Source of the DNA: Corallochytrium limacisporum Hawaii
Lineage: Eukaryota > Protista > Pluriformea
Assembly: GCA_002811645.1 (NCBI GenBank)
Contig: PDIP01000122.1
Location: forward strand, 118,060 to 182,059
DNA: 64,000 nt
Reading direction: 5' to 3'
Under the pieces are notes generated by a model that saw only the letters and a list, made by a program, of their open reading frames with translations, was not told where the DNA came from and searched no databases. Positions 1 through 11,014 of the stretch are shown here, one piece after another; the first letter of the stretch is position 1; the number at the start of each line of letters is the position of its first letter. The translations under genes and the position numbers were made by a program.

Positions 1-1829
1 TACCAGCATACAGCGAGTGTCCTATTTCTTGGTTTCTATAAAACAAACACGCAAGACACCAGTGTTCAACTCTCTGCATGGAGACCAGCCGTGGAATGAC
101 CGAGACTCCGCTGTCATCCTTGGTATGGATCTCTGGATGAATTTGCGATGCCCACGGAGGGCGCCTCGTTTCTTTTCCTTCCCGTCGTTCATTTAATTCT
201 CCTTTCTTGGTGCAACCCCTCCGTTGGTGCTGGAGCACTTGAGAACACTTCTTCCTCAGTGCGCCTCCCACACAAACTTTCCTCGCTCTCTCGGGCGCGG
301 TGCTGCACAGACCCCGCGCATATAGACAAGCAGTACAAAACACACCCGTGTCTCCCATCTTCATCCCCCCAACTCAACGTAACGCACGAACGCGGCACGC
401 ACCAGTGCCAGTGCTATGAAACCTTCCCCAACAACGGCACCACCAACATCAACCCAGGCTCCCTTTCCTCCCGCCTCCACGCCCCTTGCCCGGAGTACCT
501 ATTCCAGGAGTACTACCGTTTTTTTGCTCGCCGTCCAGAAAAGATTTTTAACGTCGCGGGATTTCAGGCCCGGTTGTGAAGGAGCTGGGTAAACGAGAAC
601 TGGGGGGCTACTTTCTGCCTTCAACCGACGAGCAACAACAAAAGGGGAGTGTTGATTTCCGCGTAGATTACTCGTAAAGTTGCCTCTTACTGAGACCCGC
701 AGAGTCTGGGCACTCACCTGTTTGTATATTAATGGTTATATATCTATTAGTGCGGCGGGATGGAGGCAGGAATAAAAACATGCGAAGCCGAATGAACTGA
801 CAGGGTGTCAAGATTTGCGACTGCGGATCGCTCGCACGCCGATATGAGACTTTGTTTTATCACTAAAGCCTTTTCTTTCGAAAGCATCCCACCCAGAACA
901 CAAGATTACAAAGTTAACTTCGTGACGGGGGTATGCATGCTTGCATTGCATGTTCAAGTCGGCCGGAAATCATTGCGGCAAGTGAGCTTGTCACAATTGT
1001 GGTAGCCCTTTGAATCCCATCAAAAGGACCTCCGTCCATTGAGTAGGGGGGGAAATTAATCCTCGAACCTGGAGTGTTGAGGAATTTAAAAACAATGGAA
1101 CGAAAACAAGCATGGCGGTCCGCAAGTTCTAGAAAATGCGCGTTTATTTGTGTGACCGACGTGTGCTCAGTACTCTCAGTATTCATTCGTGTCCACTGGC
1201 GGACCAACACCAGGCAAGGGTCTACAGGCAGGCCCACGGCCAACACCACACAGCCACAACGGGACAAGGTCTGGGGCCCTTCTCTATCGAACCACCGCCC
1301 GTGTCCATTTCCAAAGAGAAGATGAAGGACTGGTCGCCTCGGGATACACAAAAAACATATCTTCCGGTTTCCATATAAAGTATGATGTCATTTCCATAGT
1401 GTATATATCTCCCTTTGTTAATCCGGGAACCAAAAAGGACCTCGCCATGAACAGAAAAGGACCCCACCGTCAGGCAGCGCGATACGGACTCCATGGTTTT
1501 CTATTTGACTTGGTACCTTGCGGTGAATGGTAACATCCGAATGCGCCGGTACGGGAATTTTTTAACAGAAGAGTGGGGCTTTGAAAAGTGAGAAAAATGG
1601 AACCCCACACTCCACAGACTTGTAGGAAACCTGGCGAGTGTTAGGGGGGTCTCAACGACGAGCAGCTCTCAGCTAAGGGCGCGAAAGGTATCAGAGCTTC
1701 TTGCTGGTTATTTGTCCCGGATCAGGTTCCCACGATCAGAACAGCAGTATGTCATGGGTCTAAGAATTGTATTATATGCTCAGTGTCGCGAAATGGTGAC
1801 AGTAGATACTTTCCCCAAGTGCTGGAGCA

Positions 1830-3065
1830 ATGACTGCAGAAGTGACGTACGGAGTAGTCTTTCTGCTCTCATATCTTTTTGCTCTCTATCACCGATTTCT
1901 GCCGAATCTTGAATCAAAGAGAGTTTATAGGCTTATCCTCGGCATATGTACAGTCTTATTGACCGCTGAGACAGTCTTGCACTATTTTTTAACATGCACT
2001 GTGGTCTATACTATACTTTTGTTTGGCCCGCGTAGCCGTACCACGGGATGGGCAGTATTCGGTTTCGTTTTCGGATATCTGTTAATCTTTCGAAAATTCT
2101 ACAACGAGCTTGGTCTCCCGGCACCAGGACCAATTTCTAATGCCTTCCAACTGGTATTGTCGCTGAGGCTGATCGCATACGGATTCACTTACGTAGAGGG
2201 CAGTGGGACTACCAGAAGTCCGTCATTGTCGGTCTTTGACTTTATGGCGTACGCTAGCGATCTGTTCGGAATCTGCTCCGGTCCATTTGTGTCATACGAA
2301 GCATACATAGATAGCCTGTCTCCAGTTGTAACCCGGAGGCAAACGCCATTCAGTGAGGCTTTTGCATGTTTTGCGGAAGGTACAATCTGGCTGGGGATCA
2401 TGGCACTTGTCAACACAATCATGCCCTGGAGGCTTCTGTGGGATTCCGAGTTTGCACAAGAGTATAAGGGTTTGAGATATTTTGGATATTTAATCATTAC
2501 GGGTGCCACCTTTCGGTTTAGATTCTACGGTGCGTGGAAACTTGCAGAGGGTGCATTTGTGCTAGCAGGCTACGACGCCACGAAACGTTCTCGAAATGCG
2601 GCCAATAACATTCACCCCTTGAAGATAGAGACATCAACCAACATCCGGTCTATCATGCTGCACTGGAATGTGAGCGTGCAACGGTGGCTGACTCGCTTCG
2701 TGTACAAGGAAATGAACGCACCCCGCTTGGTTCGTCAGCTTGCTGTGGTGTCGACATCGGCCTTCTGGCACGGCCTAGAATTTGGACACTACGCCTTTTT
2801 CCTGCAACTCCCGCTCTATATCTACGTTGAGGAGAGTTTGGCAGCGGTAAACTGGCCCTGGCGGAAATGGCGCAATGGTGCTACTGTGGAGCGGATCCTT
2901 TCTTGGAGTCTTGTGATGCCATCGTTGGATTTTCTGGGCGTCTCTTTCATGGCCTTATCATTTAAGAGAACCATGGTTGCATGGCAAGCGGTATACTTCG
3001 GTCAGTACTGGGCTGCCTTCGTGCTAGTCTTGGTGTCTTCAATAATGAAACAGGCGGGATACTAG
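1830..3065 (+). CDS. MBOAT7: Membrane-bound O-acyltransferase, lysophospholipid acyltransferase 7 (LPIAT1)-like
   Basis: 411 aa, multi-TM. MBOAT motifs WNxxVQxWL and SAFWHG (catalytic His). LGLPAP..NAFQL and FRFRFYGAWxxAE resemble MBOAT7 segments. Confidence 0.85.
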   Translation: MTAEVTYGVVFLLSYLFALYHRFLPNLESKRVYRLILGICTVLLTAETVLHYFLTCTVVYTILLFGPRSRTTGWAVFGFVFGYLLIFRKFYNELGLPAPGPISNAFQLVLSLRLIAYGFTYVEGSGTTRSPSLSVFDFMAYASDLFGICSGPFVSYEAYIDSLSPVVTRRQTPFSEAFACFAEGTIWLGIMALVNTIMPWRLLWDSEFAQEYKGLRYFGYLIITGATFRFRFYGAWKLAEGAFVLAGYDATKRSRNAANNIHPLKIETSTNIRSIMLHWNVSVQRWLTRFVYKEMNAPRLVRQLAVVSTSAFWHGLEFGHYAFFLQLPLYIYVEESLAAVNWPWRKWRNGATVERILSWSLVMPSLDFLGVSFMALSFKRTMVAWQAVYFGQYWAAFVLVLVSSIMKQAGY

Positions 3066-3152
3066 TACCATTTCCTATTTGTTAAGATAAATCAGACTTT
3101 ATTTCGAATATGCGGCAGGTCCGCTACCAGAGCAGAGCAGCGTTAGTATGTT

Positions 3153-4124
3153 CTACATATCGCCCGCACTGATTGCAAGGGCCATTCGCAAGTCGTCGTC
3201 CATTTCCTCATCACTGCCGTCTGCGTAACTCTTGGTAGTGGCAGTTGTGCGACGGGACCGGTTGGACCGTGTGGCCCGTGCAGAAACTTCATCCTCCTTC
3301 TTCTGCTTCTTTGTCATCTTCGGCACGAAGTCTGTCACAGATGCTTGCTTTCGACCCCTGGGTTTGGAGGCAGGAGTAGTCTTTGGCTGCCTCTTGGTCA
3401 TGACAGGCTTTTCCTCTTCATCAATGTTCATGGCAGACACGTCATTCTCCTTTTCGGATTCGCCAGTAGCGCTGATGGTGCGCTCTGTCTTTCCCTCGTC
3501 GTCTTTTTCTGTCATTTCAGTGTCTTCCTTACCTGTTTCGACCTCTTCCTCGGCTGCCTCAGCCTCTTCCTCCATTGTAACCTCTCCGTTCAATGTTTTC
3601 AGTTTCATCTGCAGATATTCCAGCTCCCGACGCTTTCGCTCGAGGAAGAACTTAGCATAAGCAGCATCAGAGCCCAAATGTTCAATGTCTTCGCGCATAT
3701 CTTTGATCACAATGCCCTGAGAGACCCGCTTGGAGATCTGATACTCCGTTCGGTTTTGTTCGCGCTTTTTCTTCATCAGCTCTGGAGCGAGGTAGCGACC
3801 GGTATTGACGATCATGCCGTTCTTACGACGAACATCAGGTCCATCAACGTCATTGTTCCTTTTACCAATTACTGTAGGATCCATAGAAATGCCCATGAAC
3901 TCTGCAGTTGACTGCTGTCCAAGCATGCGCTGCATCTGAAGATTCAATTGGGAATTGCTCTTACCGAACATTGATCCCGATTCAATAATGTCGCTCCATT
4001 TTCCAATGCCAAATCGAACAGCGCAGCGACGCAGCATCTGACTCTCAAATTCGCTCCATCCTGGACTCAGTGTGAAGTTATATAGTGACTTAGAGTCATT
4101 GCTCACCACTGACGCCTTCATCAT
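3153..4124 (-). CDS. Myb/homeobox-like HTH protein; likely p1 (AMTP1) subunit of the MTA1c/AMT1 DNA 6mA methyltransferase complex, with C-terminal PIP-box-like motif and UIM
   Basis: SKSLYNFTLSPGW...FGIGKW..I..SG...GKS..Q...Q.QRMLGQQS..EFMG...RKNG.IVNTG matches my recollection of the ciliate p1 N-terminal domain. First in-frame ATG is at 4124 (the track starts at a TTG, 4154). Acidic/basic disordered tail. Confidence 0.8.
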   Translation of the reverse strand: MMKASVVSNDSKSLYNFTLSPGWSEFESQMLRRCAVRFGIGKWSDIIESGSMFGKSNSQLNLQMQRMLGQQSTAEFMGISMDPTVIGKRNNDVDGPDVRRKNGMIVNTGRYLAPELMKKKREQNRTEYQISKRVSQGIVIKDMREDIEHLGSDAAYAKFFLERKRRELEYLQMKLKTLNGEVTMEEEAEAAEEEVETGKEDTEMTEKDDEGKTERTISATGESEKENDVSAMNIDEEEKPVMTKRQPKTTPASKPRGRKQASVTDFVPKMTKKQKKEDEVSARATRSNRSRRTTATTKSYADGSDEEMDDDLRMALAISAGDM

Positions 4125-4688
4125 GACTTTCTCGAGACCGATCCCTTTAGACAAGAAATCTCAGTTGCCATATTTTCCTTGGGAGTCCCTATTATTTTCT
4201 TTCTTGTCTTTCGGACCTAAACACCTTGTATTTGTCTTTACGCGACTAACATCTTGGCTCAAAACAGTTCCTTTTCACTTTGTGGGACTCATGCGCACTC
4301 CGGCGGTCACTTGTTTGCCCGCCATTGGCATATGTTCCAGAATTCCCTCAAGTCGTCGGCCCTGCCTCCCTTCGAAAATTTCGCGCTCAAAAAAAAGGAG
4401 AGGTACCTTGCCCCCCAATCCCCGCCCTGGGGAGTCTAGCACTCTGTGGAGAATCCTTGAGGTGAAGGGAGTCCAATTGTTGGAGTGGGCGAAAAGGGAG
4501 GGAATGGGGATCAAGTGAGTATAGCGGTCGCCACCCTCAAAAGATAAATATGGGGAACCAACCGAAAATCCGTAAGATGGATTGGATGCTCCTTTGCGTA
4601 ATGATGATGGAATGAAAATGATAGTGTCTTGGATTCTTGAAACTATAGTATGATGTACAATTTACAGGGTGCCCTCTACCAACCGAGA

Positions 4689-5594
4689 TTACTTACTCTG
4701 CGGCATCTCCAGTGCTTCAAAGTGGCTCCGCGCATTGGCAATATTGAACAGAGATGCCGCCGATGAGATGCTGGTGTCAGACATGATGACCATAATGTAT
4801 GTGTTGCTCGTGAAGGAATCGATGAAGGCAACAAAATTGCTGTTCTTCACTTCCATGTCTTCTAGTTTTGCCTGTGCCTTACTACAGCTGAGCTTGAATT
4901 GTTTGATAATATTTGAAATCTTCTCAAACCTGTGAACATCCGGATGCTGCACTCGACTGACGTGTGACACTACCAAAAAAGTGGCCCGTTCGAACAGAAC
5001 CACCTCGTCTGCTTCCATCAGCTGCGCAAATACCTTGAGATTGGCCTCCAACTGGTTGACGTTGGGCATCAGCGAGTACACGATAGACGACCACGCCCGG
5101 TACAGCGTCTCATCCCAAATCGACGTCCGAAAACATTCTACCTGCAAAGGTTGGGACCTTCGCTTCAGCTCGTAGTCCTTCTCAGCGAAAGTGGCATTAC
5201 GTTCATCTTCTGGCACCAGATCCATCTTGTGAATCAAACAAAAGATTTTTGCATTCTTACTGTTCTCCTGAATGGCCTTTAGGCATTCGTAATAGTCCGC
5301 CATGTCCTTCTCAAACTCCTTGCTCTCAATATCAAACACATAAATCAAGACTTCCACGTTCTTGAAGATGTGATCGCGCTGGCTTGCAAAATATTTCTCC
5401 ATGAACAGTTCCTGACCGCCACAATCCCAGAGGTTCAGAACTAGATTTCCCAAGAAGCGAACATGAGAGTGTTCAACATCAATGGTAGCACCCAAACGGC
5501 GTGTATCCCGAGCTATATAATTGGCAAAGATAATGGACCGCATAGAGGTCTTGCCTGAGCCGCTCTTGCCCATCAAAAGCACTTTCTTCTTCAT
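4689..5594 (-). CDS. RRAGA: Rag GTPase A/B (Gtr1), TORC1 amino-acid signalling
   Basis: [42 protein letters not shown] and C-terminal roadblock segment [17 protein letters not shown]. Confidence 0.97.
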   Translation of the reverse strand: MKKKVLLMGKSGSGKTSMRSIIFANYIARDTRRLGATIDVEHSHVRFLGNLVLNLWDCGGQELFMEKYFASQRDHIFKNVEVLIYVFDIESKEFEKDMADYYECLKAIQENSKNAKIFCLIHKMDLVPEDERNATFAEKDYELKRRSQPLQVECFRTSIWDETLYRAWSSIVYSLMPNVNQLEANLKVFAQLMEADEVVLFERATFLVVSHVSRVQHPDVHRFEKISNIIKQFKLSCSKAQAKLEDMEVKNSNFVAFIDSFTSNTYIMVIMSDTSISSAASLFNIANARSHFEALEMPQSK

Positions 5595-6320
5595 GACTAA
5601 TCTTGTGACACAGTGAGAGTTGCCGATGTCTGCCGGTAATTACGCGTATTTCTTCGCTTGCGTTGCCTTTTTTCTTGAAGTTTTATACATGGAATACGTC
5701 GACCGTTGTGGAATTCCTGCGACGCTTTGCAAGGATGTCAATTGGACATCGACCGACAAGGTAAGAACTGCGGCGCTGGCAATGATCGAAATTGACCAGT
5801 GCTACCCAGATGCCTGGGGTCTCCACACTAATTGCTTCGCACTACTGCCTCCCTACAAACTCTCTGTCCCTGGCTATAGCCAATGAACCAGAACTGGAGG
5901 CATAACACATTTTTGGAGATTTTAGTACTCTCGGATATTCATTATTCAGGGTGTCGTGCATACTAAATGTACTGATTTGCCCCAGTTTCGGTACGTTAAG
6001 TACTACGTGCTTGTGAGACCCGCCACCGTCCCCGAGACCGCGCGGGCCGCCCCACCCCCCCCCCCCCCCAAATGGCAACCTCACCACGCAGTCCTTGACC
6101 GCATGAACTGGGGGAAGCAAGCCTCTATATTTACGTCATGATTCTCTTCACAAGGACTAATACAAGCTATGTCAAGTCCATCATTAGCATAACCACACTT
6201 ATTACATGGGTGAACGATTTGTTTAATGGAAATCTTAAATTTGTTATCAAGATTATGTGATGCACGAAAGAGAACACGGTGCTTCAAGTGAATAGTAGTC
6301 TTAGCCACTTATCAGCAACC

Positions 6321-7754
6321 ATGCTTAGGCGTCGTAAGCGCACAACAACCGATCGTGAACAAAAAGATCAAAGCAGTTACGTAGTAACCAAGAAACAGAA
6401 GGCCTCAGTGAGTCTGACGCAACAAGTCTTTGGCAAATCGAAAGGAGAAAACGTCGATATCAGAAAGACTTTGCAGGCAGTGATAGTGCCCGAGGAATCC
6501 AAGAAAGAAACTTCTGAAATTGTTCCAGCATGGCATGACTCAGACGATGATGAAGATATTATTGACATAAATACAGTCGCGGGACGACGGAAATTGCGCA
6601 AGAACGAGGGCGAGAAAGTCGTGACGGGCATCCAATACGAAGGACGGTTGCGGGTGTTGTACAAACAGCTTCATCCACAGCCTGCCTGGGCTCAACTCCG
6701 TGATGGCGTGAACAAGTATAGCGGCACCATGAGTACCATCACAGAGGGACTAAAGCGTGTGAGCGAGTTATCCACGGACCGTCTGAACGTCAGCCGTCTG
6801 GGCGACCTCGAACTCCAGCTTGACGTTGTGGCTAAGAGCTTGAGCTTCAATCCTCACTCCCGAATGCTCGCAGTGGGGTCCCTGGACCGTCATGTCCGTG
6901 TCTTTGAGATTGATGGTTTACACAATCGCATGCTCTTCAGCGTCAAAGTTGCAGACCTACCCATCCACAAGATCGCTTTCCACAGAACAGGCAGGGAAAT
7001 TATCATATCCGGACGCCGTCCTCACTTTTATGTACTGCAGATGGCTACGGGAGCAGTGAGCAAAGTCTCGCAAGTGCTTGGTGCCCAGGACGAGATCACC
7101 ACCCTGGAGAATTATAGCACAAGTCGGAATGGCAGGTTTATCGCGTGGACCGGCAGCGAGGGAGCTATCTATGTGCTCAACGGCCGCAGCAAGCAGCACT
7201 TAGACACTCTGCGCATCCAGGGACAGGTCAGGACCATTTGCTTTAATCAAGATTCTTCTCTGCTCTTTGCAGCAGGTACTGCGGGTAAGGTCTTTGTGTT
7301 TGACACGAAGACGCTCAAGTGCGTCCACACGTTCCAAGACCAGGGCAGTGCATTTGGCGGTGCCAATGTCAGTGCAATTGCTGTGGATCCGAAGAATGAG
7401 ACTATTTGCATCGGATCTGACAGTGGTGTGGTGAACATCTATGACCTGGACGTGGTACTGGTGGAAAAGAACCCAAGCCCGCGAAAGTCTCTGATGAACC
7501 TGACCACTTGCATTGCTGGTATTGTGTACAGCCCGGATGGTCGCATTGCTGTGTTCTGGAGTAAAGAAAGAAAGGACAGCCTGCGCTGTTTACACACGGC
7601 GTCAGGCACAGTCTTCGGCAACTGGCCCACCGCTAAGACACCGCTTGGTTACGTCGCGGACGTGGTATTCAGCTGCAATGGTGGCATTTTATGTATTGGT
7701 AATGCCAAGGGGAAGGTGCTCCTCTATCGCCTCAAGGATTGGAGTGAGATTTAA
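6321..7754 (+). CDS. UTP18: U3 snoRNA-associated protein 18 (WD40)
   Basis: PAWxDSDD acidic motif, YExRLR...PAWA, WD40 repeats, GSDSGVVNIY, TVFxNWP..TPLG, GNxKGKVLLYRL. First ATG at 6321 (accATG). Confidence 0.92.
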   Translation: MLRRRKRTTTDREQKDQSSYVVTKKQKASVSLTQQVFGKSKGENVDIRKTLQAVIVPEESKKETSEIVPAWHDSDDDEDIIDINTVAGRRKLRKNEGEKVVTGIQYEGRLRVLYKQLHPQPAWAQLRDGVNKYSGTMSTITEGLKRVSELSTDRLNVSRLGDLELQLDVVAKSLSFNPHSRMLAVGSLDRHVRVFEIDGLHNRMLFSVKVADLPIHKIAFHRTGREIIISGRRPHFYVLQMATGAVSKVSQVLGAQDEITTLENYSTSRNGRFIAWTGSEGAIYVLNGRSKQHLDTLRIQGQVRTICFNQDSSLLFAAGTAGKVFVFDTKTLKCVHTFQDQGSAFGGANVSAIAVDPKNETICIGSDSGVVNIYDLDVVLVEKNPSPRKSLMNLTTCIAGIVYSPDGRIAVFWSKERKDSLRCLHTASGTVFGNWPTAKTPLGYVADVVFSCNGGILCIGNAKGKVLLYRLKDWSEI

Positions 7755-7839
7755 TCGTAAACATTCTGGGAAACTAAAGAAAGTTACAAGTTATGGAATG
7801 CTAATATTGACATCTAGGATATGATGATGTATGTAAAAT

Positions 7840-10152
7840 TCATGCAGGCGGTGCCATGGTCGACAGCAGACGACGGTACTCTCCTGGATAAGCATTGCGG
7901 TACATGGCAATCGCCCAAGTACACCAGATCATAGGATAATTCGAATAATGAATGGCACAGGTGCGGTTGAAGATGCCTACAATCTCCCGCTGAATCCATT
8001 CTCCAGTCACGGGCTGCTGTTTATCCATCAACCATTGAATTGCCCGGTTGATGGCGGTGGTGTTCGGATGCCGGGCTTCGACTAGTGCCATGACTGCCCA
8101 GGCCGTCTGTACCGGAGAGCCGTCCTCGTCTCCATCCTGCCACTCTCGAGTGGCGCAGGATGTGACATCCTCACTCCAACAGCCGTCCGTCATCTGGTGT
8201 TCGATGAGGAATTCACATGCAAGCTCCAGGCCGTCGCTGGCAGTGCCACGATCGAAGCGTTCGCCATTTCCGTGGACTAGAGCCTGCACGCCGAAGAGCG
8301 TGCCGTACGTGAAGTTCACAGCCCAGAATCCTTCCCAGCTTCCATCTGGACGCTGGCGGCGGCGCATGAATTCAAGACCACGTTCTATGGCGCGATCCAC
8401 GGTTGTAGCGCTGATCTTTTCGCTAGCGCTGCCGCTGTTGGTCCGCAGATGGCCTTCCGACCGGTATTGTTGCAGGCAACGCAGGCAAGTAGAGGACAAC
8501 TCGACGTGCGAATAGTCCACCATAATGTCACCAAAGACCTCCGCAGGGTTGAGGATTTCCCACCAGTCGCCACCGCGTTTTTCTTCATAAGTTGCCCAAC
8601 CACCGTCATCGTTTTGCATTTCAAGGATGCGGCAGATGCCTTCGTCTAGGAGTTGATTCGGAGGGAAGGTCAGACCATACCGCTCCCGACGCTCTTCTCC
8701 AGTCATAAGGGCCATAATTGCCTCAGCACTGCAGTCTGTGACAATCCAACCGCACTGACGGTTGGAAAAGGGGAACGATCCGTAGCTACTCACGCGATAG
8801 TGGCGCTCGAAGTCGGGGATGGGCTGTGGCTTCTGACAGCTCAACACAAAGCCAAGGCCGGCATCCAGGGTCTCCCTTAGCTGCTTTGAAACTTGCTCCG
8901 GTTTCTCATAGTCCAGAACTTCCAACAAGGCCCGGGCCATGAAGCTCGCATCCCACAGTTGAGAACCGTTCGTTCCCATCGACTTCAAGCCCTCCGGGCT
9001 CATCCACAAGTAATCGTACATGCGTTCAAAATGCCGCTTCACCATGGGACATTCCTTACCATTGCGAGCTAGGTGGCAGAGCATGTTCATGGCTTTGCTC
9101 ACAGGACCAATGTCGACGCAGTCTGAGGTACGGTCCTCGTGGGAGACCTGTTCGTAGATCTCTTCCAGTGCCCATTGCCGCATGGGGGCCCCACTGAATA
9201 AATAATCGTACGCATTGATGACCATGGTGGCAGCCTTGAAAATTGGGTGCACAGGACGATATACGTCCACTTCACACGAGTCCCACTTGGCAGATGACCA
9301 GTCGACGTTTTCGAATCCTTCAACAAAGAGATCTTCCCGAAGTTCGCGCACCAATGCACTTTCCTCGACGCTAAACCGCTTGCCAGCCACATAGCCCATT
9401 GGCAAGTATACCATGCGGCTGTGACACCACATACGCGACGGGTGAAGCGGGAATTGTTTGGGCAGTAACCAAAGTTCTTGTAGGACTCCATTAAACCCAT
9501 CCCAGCTGTATAAATTCATCACTGCGAGCCAGAATTTGCCCCAATTTGGAATGAGTCTCAGACCACCGTGCTCAAGGATCCATTGCCGTGCCATACGCAT
9601 TTCCTCTCGCTCTCGGTCCACTCCGAGGATACGTAGACAGACATATGTTAGACCGGTGCCGAACATGGTCGGGTGCTGACCCACAAATAAACCCCATCCC
9701 CCGTACTTGGTGTGACCATCGGCCGCTGGTTCTTCGGCATACTGGAAGGTATTGAGCATGTACCGACGGATTTCTTTGACCTGCGCATCGCTAAAACAGA
9801 GACCAGCGGCGTAGACTGCAATAATCTCACCGTGAAGGGTGAAGAGAGGGCCGCCGTAATCTCCAGCCCAGTGACCACAGGAGCTTTGTTGGGCTTTGAT
9901 CATGTGCAGTGCCCGTGACAGATATGGGTCACCCTTAACCACGGATTCGCTGAAGCTTGCGAAGTCCTCGTCACGATGAAAACCCATATGCCAGCGAGTG
10001 AGCTCATCCCTTTGGCGTGAAGGCTTCTGGGGTGCGTCATATTCCCACCATTGTTGTCCATCGTCCACGTGCAGCTGCCACTTACTGAGATCTGTCTCAG
10101 CAGGCAACTCCCGACCGAAACGGCGCCTGTGTGTTGTCACGTTTGTTTGCAT
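7840..10152 (-). CDS. LSS: Oxidosqualene cyclase, lanosterol-synthase type
   Basis: DYGGPLF, MWCH, GTNGSQLWD, GWIVTDCSAE (DCTAE-like) and QW repeats (QxxDGGW, QRPDGSW). Product-determining T/C/V residues are lanosterol type. Confidence 0.93.
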   Translation of the reverse strand: MQTNVTTHRRRFGRELPAETDLSKWQLHVDDGQQWWEYDAPQKPSRQRDELTRWHMGFHRDEDFASFSESVVKGDPYLSRALHMIKAQQSSCGHWAGDYGGPLFTLHGEIIAVYAAGLCFSDAQVKEIRRYMLNTFQYAEEPAADGHTKYGGWGLFVGQHPTMFGTGLTYVCLRILGVDREREEMRMARQWILEHGGLRLIPNWGKFWLAVMNLYSWDGFNGVLQELWLLPKQFPLHPSRMWCHSRMVYLPMGYVAGKRFSVEESALVRELREDLFVEGFENVDWSSAKWDSCEVDVYRPVHPIFKAATMVINAYDYLFSGAPMRQWALEEIYEQVSHEDRTSDCVDIGPVSKAMNMLCHLARNGKECPMVKRHFERMYDYLWMSPEGLKSMGTNGSQLWDASFMARALLEVLDYEKPEQVSKQLRETLDAGLGFVLSCQKPQPIPDFERHYRVSSYGSFPFSNRQCGWIVTDCSAEAIMALMTGEERRERYGLTFPPNQLLDEGICRILEMQNDDGGWATYEEKRGGDWWEILNPAEVFGDIMVDYSHVELSSTCLRCLQQYRSEGHLRTNSGSASEKISATTVDRAIERGLEFMRRRQRPDGSWEGFWAVNFTYGTLFGVQALVHGNGERFDRGTASDGLELACEFLIEHQMTDGCWSEDVTSCATREWQDGDEDGSPVQTAWAVMALVEARHPNTTAINRAIQWLMDKQQPVTGEWIQREIVGIFNRTCAIHYSNYPMIWCTWAIAMYRNAYPGEYRRLLSTMAPPA

Positions 10153-11014
10153 CCTAAACGCTATTCGGTTCTAATGTGTATGCTAACTCTGTATTGTATT
10201 TCGTGCGTTTTATCAGCTTCGTGACTATAACTACCTTCTGCTCCGTGTATTGAACCCTACAATAGATCAGGGGATGGGATGCACCAGCGTAAGAGAAAGG
10301 AGCCACAATGAATTCCTTGGCGAGGCCTAAAGTACTTTATTCCCTTGCGAACCATCCGCCCCCCCCCCCTAACCACTACTAAGGGTCTCACGCACCCTTC
10401 CTGCCATTGGCTGCATCAATCCCTTCCGAGTCCCCCGGCCGGGAGTGCGGAATGAGCTGCCAAAAGGAGGAAGAAGGATTGCCCCTTAAAGCCAAACTGT
10501 CCCAGGCAGCTGTACGGAAGAAACTAAATTAGACTCCCGTTCGAAAATTTATATACGGAGTGGATTACGACTTGCTGTTGGTGGCCATATGTGTTCAACC
10601 CTCCCCGTTGTGGCAGCGCCAGTCTGTGCCGAATATTGACACTGGACCATTACCACACGGTACAAGCACTCACAGTCTAGCCCGGTGTGCTTCTCTGCCG
10701 AGTCAATGCTAGGTATGAGTGGCTGACTGCCTTGTATACATGCCACATGTGCACTCAGATCTCCATCTCACGAATTTTATATTCATGCGTACATTAATTC
10801 CGGCGCCGATTTCAACGTGAAAGATGCCGGCCAGACAGTATGCTAGAACATCACATGACCAAAAACCATTGCAAAACCTGACCTCTCCAAAGGTCGATGG
10901 TGCGGAATGACCTGGGTTATGTAACATCCTCCTCCGTTTTATTCCACTTTTAGGGTATTCAGGTCTCATGCTCGCAGCTCTATTCCCTGGGACTTATATC
11001 TCATTTCGAATATC

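Noticed and set aside
148-1533. Multiple short ORFs at the window start (and at 63403-63990)
   Set aside because: They are low-complexity, overlap in several frames and carry no motifs. They are probably UTR or promoter DNA of genes outside the window.
4600-4660. ATGATGA box-C-like motif (also near 47135)
   Set aside because: There is no suitably spaced box D with a terminal stem or recognisable rRNA guide.
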